A stretch of 64,000 bases of DNA, taken from NCBI GenBank assembly GCA_963514005.1, contig OY740789.1:72912001-72976000 (forward strand), given 5' to 3'. The notes under the pieces are model-generated. The model had not been told where the DNA came from. It saw only the letters and a program-made list of their open reading frames with translations, and ran no database searches. Positions 1 through 12,149 of the stretch are shown here, in pieces. The stretch's first letter is position 1, and each line of letters opens with the position of its first letter. The translations under genes and the position numbers were made by a program. This stretch comes from Raja brachyura (lineage: Eukaryota).

Positions 1-668
1 CTTAATGCTGACTTCCACATCTCGAAAGATAAGAGTCCGATTAAACTTCATTGTTTTGGTTTGGCTTCGAAAACGCTGCTTTTTTTGATCTTTGAAGACT
101 TTCCGGTATTAAACTTAACCGTACTAATTCTTAAAGATAACATTTAATTTAAACGACAGCGCTTTTTTAATTTTAAAATATATTCATAACATTAAATTTT
201 CCCCGCTTGTTAAAGACTTTCTGGGTTTTTTTCGGTACTAATTTCTTTACAATTTTAAAAGTTTGCGGTTATTTACTCTGCGGATTTTGACTGATTTTTG
301 TCCGCTTTCAAAAAAATTCATAATTAATTTGCAAGGACTCCATTTTGAACAAATTGACCTGTCTTCGATGAAAACTGAGATTAAAAATCATTGTTTTGGT
401 TTAACTTCGAAAACGTTGCATTTTCTGTTCTTTAAAAACTTTCCAGTGTCTCACCTAACTATTAATTCTTTAAGATAACATTTAATTTCAAAGACAGCGC
501 TTTTTTAATTTAAAAATATATTTCTAATGTTAAGTTTTCCCCGTCAGGTAAAGACTTTCCGTTTTTTTTTCTGGTACTAATTTCTTTACAATTTTTAATG
601 TTTGCAGTTATTTACTCTGCGAATTTGGACAGATTTTTGATCACTTTGATGAACGAGGCTTAATGCTT

Positions 669-1649
669 CGGCCGGAAGTGGCGGTGCTGCCTTGTACCTG
701 TGGCTCACCTGCAGTCCATTTTGTCTTTTTTTTTTGTTTTCTTTTTGTCCCGTTTCTGTTTATTTTGGCTTGTTGGGTTGTGTATGTGTGGGGGGGGGGG
801 GGAATCGTGTTTTTCGTCTCTTCCTTCGGGGGGATGCGACCCTTTCTTGTCAAATCCCATGTCTCTGTCTCCATCTGCGCTGAGGCCTAATGGCGGAGCT
901 GGCAACCTCCAACCGGGACTGACCTTGAGGCTCCGGAGGCAGAGCCAGGACATACTTAGCTGTGATGGCGTTCCGGCGGCCCGACTTCGGGGCTGTGGTG
1001 GCATTCCAGGGGCGCGGCTTCGTGGCTGTGGTGGCATTGTGGTGGCTTTGGCCTGGCTTTTGGGCTGTGGTGGCATTCCGGCGGTGGCGGCCCGGATTCA
1101 GGGCTGTGGTGGCGTTCTGGCAGCGGCGGCCCGGCTTCAAGGCTGTGGCAGCGTTCCGACAGCGGCGGCCCAGCTTCGGAGCCTCGGAGGCTCAGCCACG
1201 GGCCCGGTAGACGATAGCATTGGGAGCTCGCAGGTCACAGGTTGGTGACCTGTTTTTCCGGGGCACCCGCAACAACAGCTTCATCCGCTGGACTGGTGGG
1301 CGGCAGCTTCAACCGCCCCGGGCCGCTGAGTTTGAACCGGCCCATTCGCGGAGCTCGGATTCAGCAACAGGACATGCTTGCCATCACCCGGCGGGGTCAC
1401 AGCATCGGTGGCCTGGATCACCTCAGCGCAGATGGAGAGCAAGGAGGGAAGAGACAAGGACTTTGGGACTTTTGCCTTCCATCACAGTGAGGAGGTGCCT
1501 GTTGGACTCACTGTGGTGGATGTAAAACTGTGTTAATTGTGTGTTTTGTTATTTTATTCTATGTTATGAATGCAAGGTTAAACCATTTCATTGTACTGTA
1601 AATGTGCAATGACAATTAAATGGAATCTAATCTAATCTTATCTAATCTA
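669..1649 (+). mobile_element. Non-autonomous retroposon (internally deleted Rex1-like family), copy 1, with internal 33-39 bp GC-rich tandem repeats and (AATCT)n tail
   Basis: Interrupts the satellite right after GAGGCTTAATGCT. Shares TTGCCTTCCATCACAGTGAGG, CTGTGGTGGATGT and a TGACAAT(T)AAA+tandem tail with copies at 20.0, 41.7 and 47.2 kb. Confidence 0.7.
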
Positions 1650-2129
1650 AAAATAAGAGTCCGACTGAACTTCATTGTTTTGGGTTAACTTCAAAAACGT
1701 TGCTTATTTTGTTCTTTAAAGACTTTGTCTTTCAGTCTCACTTAACTGTACTAATTATTAAAGATAGCATTTAATTTCAAAAGCAGCACTTTTTAAATTT
1801 TAAAATGTATTTCTTTAAAAATATATATTCTTATTAGAAGTCATATACAATAGGGTACATTAACAATAATATAATGCATTTCATATACAACTTCTGTTTT
1901 TGAATTTAATAATTAAAAAGTAATATAAGCAAAAAGAGAGAAAAAGAAAGTTAGGTAAGGTGGTGAAAGCGATAGTTTGTGAAAAGTACAAGAAAAAGAG
2001 AGAAAGGAGGAGAGATATATTTTAAAAAAAATTAAAAAGGAAAAAAAGGATAATAAAAGGAAGATAAGGAAGATAAAATGGAAGGAATATACCTACTTCC
2101 TATCTTTGCGCACCCCTCACCCAGTTCTG

Positions 2130-5100
2130 AAACAGTTTATTTTCAGGATTATGTTGCACCCTATGCTTGTAATAAATCGATAAAGGGAAACCAAATCTTT
2201 AAGAATTGGTCTGATTTGCCTGCTAGGACGAATCTCATATCTTCTAGGTGTAACAATTCAGACATGTTTGAAATCCACATTTTAAGCGTTGGTGTTGGTG
2301 CATTTTTCCAAAATTTTAATATACGTTTTTTTTGCCATTATTAAGCCATAGTTAAGGAAACTCTCTTGGAACAAAGTCAGCTCAGAGCTGGTCTCCATTG
2401 TTCCAAAGATAATCAATTCTGCATTACGGTTCATTTCTGTTTTAAATACGTTTGTAAAAATTTTGAAAATTTTATTCCAAAACCTTTGAAGTTTTATGCA
2501 AAAGACAAAAGAGTGTGCTGTAGCTGCATCTTGAGATAAGCATTTATCACAGATGGGTGAGACATTTGGAAATATTTTATTCAATTTAAATTTTGAGTAA
2601 TATAATATATGTAAAATTTTAAATTAAATTAAGGTATGTCTTACATTTATCGAGCATTTATTTACATATAGCAAATATTTATCCCATCTGTCTTTCGAGA
2701 TATTTATAGATAATTCTTGTTCCCAGTCTCTTCTGATTGCATCAGATGGTGGTATCTCTATGTTTAAAATAATATTATACAAATATGATATTAAATTAGT
2801 AGAATCTGCCTTTCTGTTCATAGCTTCATCAAGTATATCTGGTCAAAGTTTTATGTTCTTTTGTATGTGTTTTCAAGTAGTCACGATTTGAAGATAATTA
2901 AAGTACTGATTACTTTTCAGGTTATATTTGAGTTGTAGTTGTTGGAATGATAAAAGATTTCCCATTTCATACATTTCTCCAAAGGTTTTAATTCCTATTC
3001 TTTCCCAGTGTGTAAACGTTGTATCGATAATAGATGGTTTAAACTATGGATTATTAACAATAGGAGAGAGATGCTATAGATTTCTTAATTTGAAAGTTAA
3101 TTTTATTTGTTTCCACATTCATATTGTACAATGAATAATTGGATTTTTCTTGTATATTATGTTATCAGTTTTATCGGCGAGAGAAGGATCGCTCCTATAT
3201 TAAAAGGAGAGCAGTCCTCTCTCTCCATTCCTATCCAATCTACCTGTTGGGCAGAATTGTCCAACAAGTAAATTATATATTTAATATTTGTTGCCCAGTG
3301 ATAGTTCAGAAAGTTGAGTAGTGTCAATCCACCAAATTCCTTGGGTTTACACAGGTGTCTGCTTTGAATTCTATGGGGCTTATAGTCCCATATGAAATTT
3401 GTGATATCAGAGTAAAGTTAAAAAAAAAAAATGTAGGTAAATATATTGGTACTGATTGAAATAAATATAACATTTGTGGCAGAAAAATCATTTTTATGGC
3501 ATTTATTCTGCCTATTAAAGACATCGGTGGTGTTTTCCAAAATTTAATCAAACATTTAATTTAGTAAGGGCATATAGTTTGCATTGAATAAAGATTTATA
3601 TTTTCTAGTAAATTGAATTCCCAGATATTTAAATTTTTCTGTAGCAATTCTAAAGGGGAATTTTAAAAGGTGTGTCGGTTCTTGAGGTTTTATTGTCATA
3701 ATTCACTTTTATTCCAATTTATTCTATATCCTGAAAAGGATCCAAATTCCTCTACTAAATTTAATTTATTTGGTATGCTGATTTGCGATTTTGTAATATA
3801 TAATAATACGTCATCTGCATATAGTGATATTTTATCATTTGAATGTTTTGTATTATAATCATGGATGTTCAGATGCATTCTTATACTTTCTGCTAAGGGT
3901 TCTATCACAAGAGCAAATAGCCGGGGTGATAATGCATATCCCTGTCTATTGTCCCATGATAGTTGAAATTTCGAAGAGAGTATATTATTAGTCAGTATTC
4001 TAGCATTCGACTTGTCAAATAATAATTTTACCCATAAGATAAAATTCTTTCCCATTTGACATTTTTGCAATACTTTGAAGAGATATTCCCATTCCACCTG
4101 GTCAAATGCTTTTTCTGCATCCACTGAAATAATTGATAAGTCTTCTTCTTCTTCTTCTTCTTCAGTATTATGTGAATACATTATATTAAACAGACGTCTC
4201 AGATTGTTGAATGAGTATCTCTTAGGTATAAACCCCGTTAATAGATTCTTAATTTATTAACATATTTGCTCAATCTTCTTGCTAGAATTTTCGCTAGAAT
4301 TTTCTGATCTGTGCTTAACAATGCAATGGCTCTATATGAACTGGGATCTTCTAGATCTTTATCATTTTTTCGGTATGAGTGTAATAGTTGATTCCACTAG
4401 TGTTTCTGGCAGTATTTGTTCTTTAAAAGCGTATGTGTACATTTTTTGTAGATGTGGTGAAATTGTTTCGTAGAATCTTTTATAAAATTCATTATTAAAT
4501 CCATCTGGTCCTGGCGTTTTACCATTCTTCAGTGAGTTTATTGTCTCTTCTATTTCCTTAATTGAGATCTGAGCTCCTAATTCCTCTTGTTCCAGCAGAT
4601 TAAGTTTTGGGAGGTTACAATTATCCAAGAAATTTGTAAGTTTAATGTTATCTGTTGATGTTTTTGATATGTATAATTTTTTATAAATTTGAGGAAATCT
4701 TTTATTAACGTCTTTAGGTATTGTTAACAATTCGCCTTTATCTGATTTAATTTTTGAAATCGTATGGTCCTTTTCGCGATTTTTCAGTTGACGTGCCAAG
4801 AGTTTATGTGGTTTATCACCGAATTCAAAGTTTTCCTGTTTTGTAATTTGAAATAGTCTTATCTCTTGTGGATAAGATTCTGCTTAATTTAAATTTCAAT
4901 ATTATTATTTTATTATGTTTGTCTATGGTTGGTTCTTTAGCGTTATCTACATCTAGTTGTCTAATTTGTTCCTCTAACTGCAATTGTTCTTCCTTATTTT
5001 TTTTATTTTGAAATGCTTGATGTGAAATTATGGATATTCGAATAAATGCCTTAAAAGATTCCCATAATAAAGATGGTGAAATGCCTGGTGTGTCGTTAGT

Positions 5101-5947
5101 CTCAAAAAAAAAATTCCATCTGTTGTTTTAGATATATACCACCTTGTGGATCGTTTAAAATTTGGGGATTAAACCTCAAAAACGATTTTTTATTGGGAAT
5201 TCCTAATTTTAAGGAGAAGGTTAACGGAGAGTTATCAGAAATAATACTATTATGATACTTAGGATTCAATGTATGAGGAATTAATTTTGTATCAACTAAA
5301 AAATAATCGATACGTGAATAAGTTTTATGTACCATTGAGTGAAAAGAGAATTCCCTTCCAACTGGATTAGCGATCCTCCATACATCTGTTATATTTGTAT
5401 TTTAATTATATGTATTTAGGAGTTCACTAGCTTTTGATTTTATATTAAGCCTCTTTTGTTGTGCAGATTTATCGAGGTATGGATTTAAAACGCAATTGAA
5501 ATCTCCCCCAATTATCACATTTTGATAATTAAACTCTGCAATTAATTTCAGTATTTTGTTAAAAAATTGAGGATTGTCAAAATTAGGCGCATATATATTT
5601 ACCAAAGTAAGTGGTGTAGCATTGATTTCTCCCGTAACTATAAGATATCTCCCCTCTTTATCTGTTATGATATTCTTTGATTTAAATGGTATACCTTTAC
5701 AAATGATAATTGCCGTGCCTCTAGATTTAGAAATATATGAAGAGTAATATGTTTGGGCAATCCAATTTGCCTTGAGTCTGGTCTGAGCTTGAAGTTTCAG
5801 GTGTGCTTCTTGTAGGAAAAGTATGTCTGTATTGAGTGATTTTAATTGTGCAAAAATCTTACTCCTTTTAATTGGCTCATTGGCACCCCTTATATTCCAG
5901 CTACAAAACGTGATTCCTCCTAGTTTCTTTTGTTTATCGTCTTGCAT
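2130..5947 (-). pseudogene. L1 ORF2 (APE endonuclease + reverse transcriptase), disrupted by frameshifts/stops
   Basis: Motifs SWNIRG, LFLQEAH, NIYAPN, IIGGDFN, YSRIDYF, KTPGPDGF, SVDAEKAFDQVEW, RQGYALSP, LYADD, CDKC spread over several ORF fragments. Confidence 0.92.
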
Positions 5948-6629
5948 TATGAATTACTTTAATACCTTTAAGTCATACGGTGCGACACAATACCTCAGGC
6001 CCCTAGGTGTTGGGTGGGCACTGGCGGTTGCCAAGTTCTGTTTGTATATCCCCTTCAAACTTGAAAAAAAACAGAGAGGTGTAAAGTGATATAAAAATAA
6101 AAATGATGATATTATAGCATCTAAAAATAAGGATACTATTAAAAAAATAACCACCTAGTGGTGGTAGCTAAATTCTTAACTTCCATAGATGTTAATTTAC
6201 ATTAAGCTCCGCTCCCTTGACCAAATATTGTAAAAAGTAAGAAAGGCCAGGTCAAAACTGAGTTATAGATAAAAAGTAAAAAGCCTCCTCCCCCCGGAGG
6301 AGTTAATCATTATTACATTATATCACTGCATATTTTGTTTCTATTGCTCTCGCTAAGCTAATTCCATTACTTGATTACTTATATGTTAGTATTAGATTAT
6401 TAACATTTTTTAATTAATCAGTTTTTATTTTAAAGTCCCTATATATTAGTTTTCCATGCTCCATGGCTCTGGTTTGTTTTGTCCTTCATTCCAAGTGAAA
6501 CATAAAGTTCGGCCTTGAATTAACATTCCAGAGAGATAAAATGTCTAGCCATTGCCTCGTATATAATTTCGCCATCTTAACGAGAGCATTGTCTTTTATT
6601 AAAAAGTCATATCTTCAGCGTTTCCCGTC

Positions 6630-7664
6630 TGCCGATATTATACAGGACCAGCTCCTGAAATTTCTTGTGCATATTTGAATGCCTCTTCTGGATCAATGAA
6701 GGCACGTTCCAGATTGTTATAAGTGATCCTCATTTTTGCAGGGCACATTATGCCATATCTTGCGTTTTCGATTCCTTTCAGAATCTGTCGTCTTTGTGAA
6801 CATGTCCCGTTTTTCAGCTATTTCTGCAGGGTAATCTCTGAAGAATCTCAGATTGTCCTCTTCAAACGTCAGATTCTTTCCATAAGGAATTTGTTTCATA
6901 ATATCTTCCAGAGCAGAAATGTCATGAAATTTCACTATGAACTGTCTTGGAGGGGCTCCTGGCTTTGTTTGAACTCTTTGAACCCGATGAGCTACATCTA
7001 TTTTCGGTTTGTCAGACAGTTTAAATACTTGTTTAAGTAAGTTGCCAGCGAACTCCCAAGGGTTCTTTCCAGCTTCCCTTCCCTCTCTCACTCCAACTAT
7101 TCTTAAATTCTGCTTTCTTGGACGTGCTTCCAAATCCAGGCATTTGTTAGTCATTTTGGCCAGTTGCCCTGAGACACAATCTTGCTCCTTCCTCAGTCTT
7201 TTCATCTCTTCAGACATATCAATCATCGCAGTTTCCATATCTTCCATAACCGTGGAGAATGCTTTAGTGTTCTTGAGAACAGAATCAAACTTCTTGTTGC
7301 AATCTTTTTCAACCTGTTTGATTTCTATATTTAAGCCATCCTCAATTTCTTCAATACGTTTCCTTAGAGTAGCTATTTCCTCAATGACTTTCTCATTACA
7401 TTTAATTTTTTTAGACAGATTTTTCTCCAGTGCAGAATTTCCATCTTGTATCATTTTAGCAAAGTCACTCATTAATGAGGTTGTTACCAACTGCTCCAGT
7501 TGCTCCATCTGTTTCTCCTTTGAAGCCATTACAGTAGGTATTCTTTGAGCCTCAGACTCTTCTTTGGAACTTTCTGTTGCTGTTTGCAGGGTTTTATCCA
7601 GCTCTATAGTCCGTTGTTTCACTTGAGATCTTGTAACAGCTCTGTTGGAATTCTTCTTGTGCAT
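6630..7664 (-). pseudogene. L1 ORF1 (coiled-coil + RRM/CTD, Transposase_22-like), frameshifted near the C-terminus
   Basis: 315-aa ORF 6717-7664 with coiled-coil, DLEARPRKQNLRIVGVREG, AHR, PRQFIVKF and FRDY motifs typical of L1 ORF1p. Confidence 0.88.
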
Positions 7665-9168
7665 TTAAAAGTATCAGAAAACCCCGTTTTCAGCAGGACT
7701 TTAGATAACTCCTTTTACACAATTAAATAACAGCTCCGGTAGTTATTTTTAGAAATCCCTCTTCTTCCAACTCGTATTTAAGCACATTAAGGCATTCTTC
7801 TGGAGCGGAGCTAATAGCAGCACCTCTCAGCACTCCATTGACGCCAACAGAAGTCTTAAAATGTATTTCTAACGTTAAGTTTTCCCCACTGGTTAAAGAC
7901 TTTCTGTTTTTTTATCGGTACTAATTTCTTTACAAATTTAAGTTTGCCGTTATTTACTCCATGGATTTTGAAAGATTTTTGATTACTTTAAAAAAAAAAT
8001 CGGTGTTAATTTGCAAAGACTCCATTTTGAACAAATGGATCTGTCTTCATTGACAACTGAGATCACTTTGATGAACGAGGCTTAATGCTGACTTCCACAT
8101 CCCTAAAAATAAGAGTCCGATTGAACTTCATTGTTTTGGTTTAACTTCGAAAACGTTGTTTTTTTTGTTCTTTAAAGACTTTCCGGTGTCTCACTTAACT
8201 ATACTAATTCTTAAAGATAACATTTAATTTCAAAGACAGTGCTTTTGTAATTTTAAAATATATTTCTAATGTTAAATTTTGCCTGTTTGTTAGAGACTTT
8301 CTGTCTAACTTAACTGTACTAATTCTTAAAGATAATATTTAATTTCAAAGAGAGCGCTTTTTAAATTTTTAAATGTATATCTAATGTTAAATTTTCCCCA
8401 CTTGTTAAAGACTTTTAATTTTTTTTTCCGGTACTAATTTATTTACAATTTTAAAAGTTTGCGGTTACTTAGTCCGCGGAATTTTGACTGATTTTTGACT
8501 GCTTTCAAAAAAATTTGCAGTTAAATTGTAAAGACTCCATTTTGAACAAATTGATCTGTCTTCATTGACAACTGAGATTAAAATAATCCGCGGATATTTA
8601 CTCCGCCGATTTTGACAGATTTTTGACCACTTTAAAAAAAAATCCGCTGTTGATTAGGAAAGACTCCATTTTGAACAAATTGATCTGTCTTCATTGACAA
8701 CTGAGATTAAAAAAAATCAATGTTTTGGTTTAACTTCGAAAATGTTGCATTTTTTGTTCTTTAAAGACTTTCCGGTGTCTCACTTAACTATTAATTCTTT
8801 AAGCTATCATTTAATTTGAAAGACAGCGCTTTTTAAATTTTAAAATATATTTCTAACGTTAAATTTTCCCCGTTAGTTAAAGACTTTCAGTTTTTTTTCT
8901 GGTACTAATTTCTTTACAATTTGAAAAGTGCGCTGTTATTTACTCCACGAATTTTGACAGATTTTTGATCACTTTGATGAACGAGGCTTAATGCTGACTT
9001 GCACATCCCTAAAGATAAGAGTCCGATTGATCTTCATTGTTTTGGTTTAACTTTGAAAACGTTGCTTTATTTGTCCTTTAAAGACTTTCCGGTGTCTCAA
9101 TTAACTGTACTAATTGTAAAAGATAACATTTAATTTCAAAGACAGTGCTTTTAAAGTTTTAATATATA

Positions 9169-9680
9169 CCAGACCAAGTGCAGACCCATTGGGTCTGGTC
9201 CCCGGAACGTGCTTCATAGCCTGAGTATGGGGGGAGGGGGAGAAGGGGGGAGGGGTGGTGGAGAGGGAGCGGGGGGGGGGGGGGGGGGGGGGTTGTTACC
9301 GAACTGAACTCACTGTGGAATGAATCGATGAACGGAGCCACTCTACTGCTGGATTGAAAGTTGTCCCTGCCTTCCCTCTGGCTGACAGGCCATTAATGCG
9401 CCAGCTGAAGGCAAAGATCAGCTGTTCCCCCGCAGTATTTCGGAGCACGTCGAAAAGCAGCGGTGGAAGAGGCGATCTCAGCCAGCGTGATAGAGCCGAG
9501 CCAAGCCGGGCCGGGGGGGGGGGGGGGGGGAGTGGAGGAAGTAAAATCAGCAGTGAAATAAAAGCCGGGCAGCAGCAGGGAAAATTGCCAGCAAAATAAA
9601 ACAAATGGCTGCGTTTTTGGAGAGCGGGCTGCAGCAGCTGCCATTCTGGTGGGTGGCCAGCAGGAGGACACAAAATAACC
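9169..9680 (-). mobile_element. Helitron-like element, 3' portion (minus strand)
   Basis: Minus strand reads GACCAGACCCAATGGGTCTGCACTTGGTCTGG|TATA: hairpin + CTRR end, same terminus as at 60326 and 62238. 5' boundary uncertain. Confidence 0.7.
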
Positions 9681-9825
9681 ATATAACCATATAACAATTA
9701 CAGCACGGAAACAGGCCTTCTCAGCCCTTCCAGTCCGTGCCGACCATTTATTTTCCCTTAGTCCCATCTACCTGCACTCAGACCATACCCCTCCATTCCC
9801 TTCCCGTCCATATACCTATCCACTT
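9680..9825 (-). mobile_element. CR1-type LINE/SINE 3' end fragment
   Basis: (ACCATATA)n tail followed by CAGCACGGAAACAGGCC..., resembling CR1-like 3' ends elsewhere in the window (e.g. ~46800). Confidence 0.55.
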
Positions 9826-10700
9826 TACTTTTTTTTTGTTAATATTTTTTATTAGAAGTTAATACATATTAAGACAATTTAAAATGTGAAAAAAAAACAA
9901 AAGAATACATTATTCATCACATACATTCTTAATATTTTTAAAGTTTACAATCATTCTTGTTTGTACTTCTATATTTTTTATTATTTTTAATACAGAAAGA
10001 AATTAATAGAAATAAATAATAAAGAAAAATAAAATAAGAGTAAAAATAGAAAATCAATAATGTGAGTGGAGTTTTAAACAATCTATACTTCATTGGAGAT
10101 ATATCAGTGATCTATTATATATGATTCTTCATCCATTCCTCGTTCAGGTTTCAGTCAGGCTCTCGAACCGAGCCAACTTATCCCTTTAGATAATCAATAA
10201 ATGGAGACCATGTTCCTCTAAACTGGTCTAGCCTGTCCAGAGGACAAGTCTTTATCTTTCCAAATGAAGTGTCTCCGACATTTCTGTAATCCACATTTTG
10301 ATAGTGGGGGAGGTAGGGCCTTTCCAAAATCTTAATATTAATTTTTTACCAATTATTAAACTATAATCGATAAAAATGTGTTGTATTATTGTTAGTGGTT
10401 GATCAGTTTCTAATATACCTAATATGATTAATTTTGAATCTGGAGACAAAATTGTATTAACTACCTTCGAAATTATCTTAAAAACTTCTGACCAAAAATT
10501 AGTAATTTTTATACATTTGGTAAATGAGTGCGTTAGGTTGGCTTCTAGGTGTTGACATTTATCACATATAGCAGAAACATTTGAGAAAATTCTGTTTAAT
10601 TTGGACTTTGAGATATGTAATCTATGTAAAATTTTAAATTGTATCAAAGAGTGTCTGGCATTTAATGAACGGATTACATCATTTACACAGATTACACATT
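9826..10700 (-). mobile_element. 5'-truncated L1 (ORF2 C-terminus + 3' UTR + poly-A)
   Basis: ORF 10252-10713 (HSLIQFKILHRLH, CDKC, FWKGPTSPTIKMW) is homologous to the end of the full-length L1 ORF2. T-rich tail at ~9826-9850. Confidence 0.88.
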
Positions 10701-10704
10701 TAAT

Positions 10705-10924
10705 AACCCCCAACTAGCTGCGCCTGCATAGTTGGGGGTTATGTGTGAGTGGATAGGGGGGGGATGGGGTAAATGGAGCGAATGAATAACATTAATATAA
10801 TATCAAGGGGGGTGGGTTAGTGTGTGTATGAGGGGCGGTGGTTAGTGTGTGTCTGTGTGTGATGCCAAAGGCCACCCCCCCGTACGTTGAGGGGACGGGA
10901 CCCAACAGGTTCCCCTTGATCTAA
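10705..10924 (+). mobile_element. Helitron-like 3' terminal fragment
   Basis: Aligns with 61610-61801 (GCCTGCA.AGTTGGGGG.TATG..., ATTAATATAAT..CAAGGGGG, GGTTAGTGTGTG). Ends GGGACCCAACAGGTTCCCCTTGATCTAA|T. Confidence 0.65.
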
Positions 10925-11175
10925 TATTATATAAAAATAATATAATGAATATAATTGTGAGTGTGTATTTTGAATGGGGCTTCCACAGAGGTCCGGTTCC
11001 TGAACCCGCCTAATTAATGTGGGCTCTTCCTGTGGGTTCCCCCCTTTTACTGAACCTCACTGAATGCCAGTGGGCAGAGTGGGCCTCATGGCCATAGTGG
11101 GACTGGGGCAGTGCCAGGTTGGGGGAAGGCTGAGGCATCTTCCACTGAGAGGAAAATGCCTAACCCTAACCCTAA

Positions 11176-11519
11176 AGGGCCTGTCCCACTGTACAAGGAA
11201 ATTCAAGAGTTCTCCTGAGTTTTCCCGATTCGAACTCGGAGAATGTCCGTATCTGGTCCGTAGGAGTTTGTGGATGTCTCATAGCGGCTCGTGTGAGTAA
11301 AAAGTATCAATTTTTTTCATCACAAGTATTTTTTTACTCGTGGACATTTTTCACAGCATTGAAAAAACATCACGAGTTTACCGGATTTCCCGAGTACCTA
11401 CCATTACTCGTATGAGCCACTACGAGACATCCACAAACTCCTACTAGGGACATTCTCCGAGTTCGATTCAGGGGAAAACTCGGGAGAACTCTTGAATTAC
11501 CTCGTACAGTGGGACAGGC
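11176..11519. mobile_element. PIF/Harbinger-type palindromic MITE
   Basis: AGGGCCTGTCCCACTGTAC...GTACAGTGGGACAGGC with ~100+ bp inverted arms. Preceded by TAA inside (CCCTAA)n. Same termini as the element at 23020-23226. Confidence 0.8.
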
Positions 11520-12149
11520 TCGCTCCCTTCCAGAGCTGCCCAGGGCTGGAGCCGCTTTGGGACCGGCTGCAGGCTCCGTACCTGTGGCTGCTCAGCGCAT
11601 CTACCTCAGCCAGCATGCCCTTCTGGATCATCATGGTGATGATGGTGGGGAGCAGCACTACCCTGCACGCCGCCCAGGCCGCCTTCAGCACCCCCATAGC
11701 GCCGGCTCCATCAGGCTGCCCGCTTGCTTGCTGCAACACCGGCCGTCCGACAGCCCGACCGACCACTCTCAGCACCCACTGGCGGCCTGACCCATCCTTC
11801 ACAGCACTCACTGGCCTACCGATAGCCCGACTGATCCTTCAAGGCACCCACCGGCCTACCGACAGCCCGACCGACAGATTGATCGACTGATCGACTGACT
11901 GACTGACTTCTGACTGATTGACTTCTGACTGACTAACCCTAATCCTAACCCTAGCTCTACGTTTGTTATTTATCATTTTTATTTAACAGTTCAGATCATA
12001 ACTTCACAAGGTTAAATCAATTGTAAAACAAAATTATCAGCAAGGTTAGCATTGCCTTTATTCCTTGGAAGCCTTGCTATTGTTTTGATGTAATTAGGAG
12101 GCAGCCATGATCTCAGATAAATCTACGTATGAAGATCCTTTGTATGAAG

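Larger units (their letters stand above)
1815..7855 (-). mobile_element. Full-length LINE-1 (L1 clade) retrotransposon, ~6.0 kb, with 15-bp TSD
   Basis: TTAAAATGTATTTCT at 1800-1814 and 7856-7870. Minus-strand 5' end GACTTCTGTTGGCGTCAATGG. ORF1 and ORF2 (APE, RT, C-terminal Cys domain), A-rich 3' UTR. Confidence 0.95.
1..9160. repeat. AT-rich modular satellite-like tandem repeat (visible at 1-668, 1650-1814, 7856-9160), interrupted by two retroelement insertions
   Basis: Modules recur in shuffled order: CTTAATGCTGACTT..ACATC (1, ~8081, ~8987), GGTACTAATTTCTTTACAA (~234, 573, 7917, 8430, 8901), GACTCCATTTTGAACAAA (~336, 8018, 8533, 8662). Confidence 0.85.

Noticed and set aside
700-1248. 182-aa ORF with GCGG repeats as a host protein
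   Set aside because: It lies within a dispersed retroposon copy; the start is in T-rich sequence and the frame is not shared by other copies.
11158-11175. True telomere or chromosome-fusion site
   Set aside because: Only about 3 units, with no head-to-head TTAGGG/CCCTAA junction.
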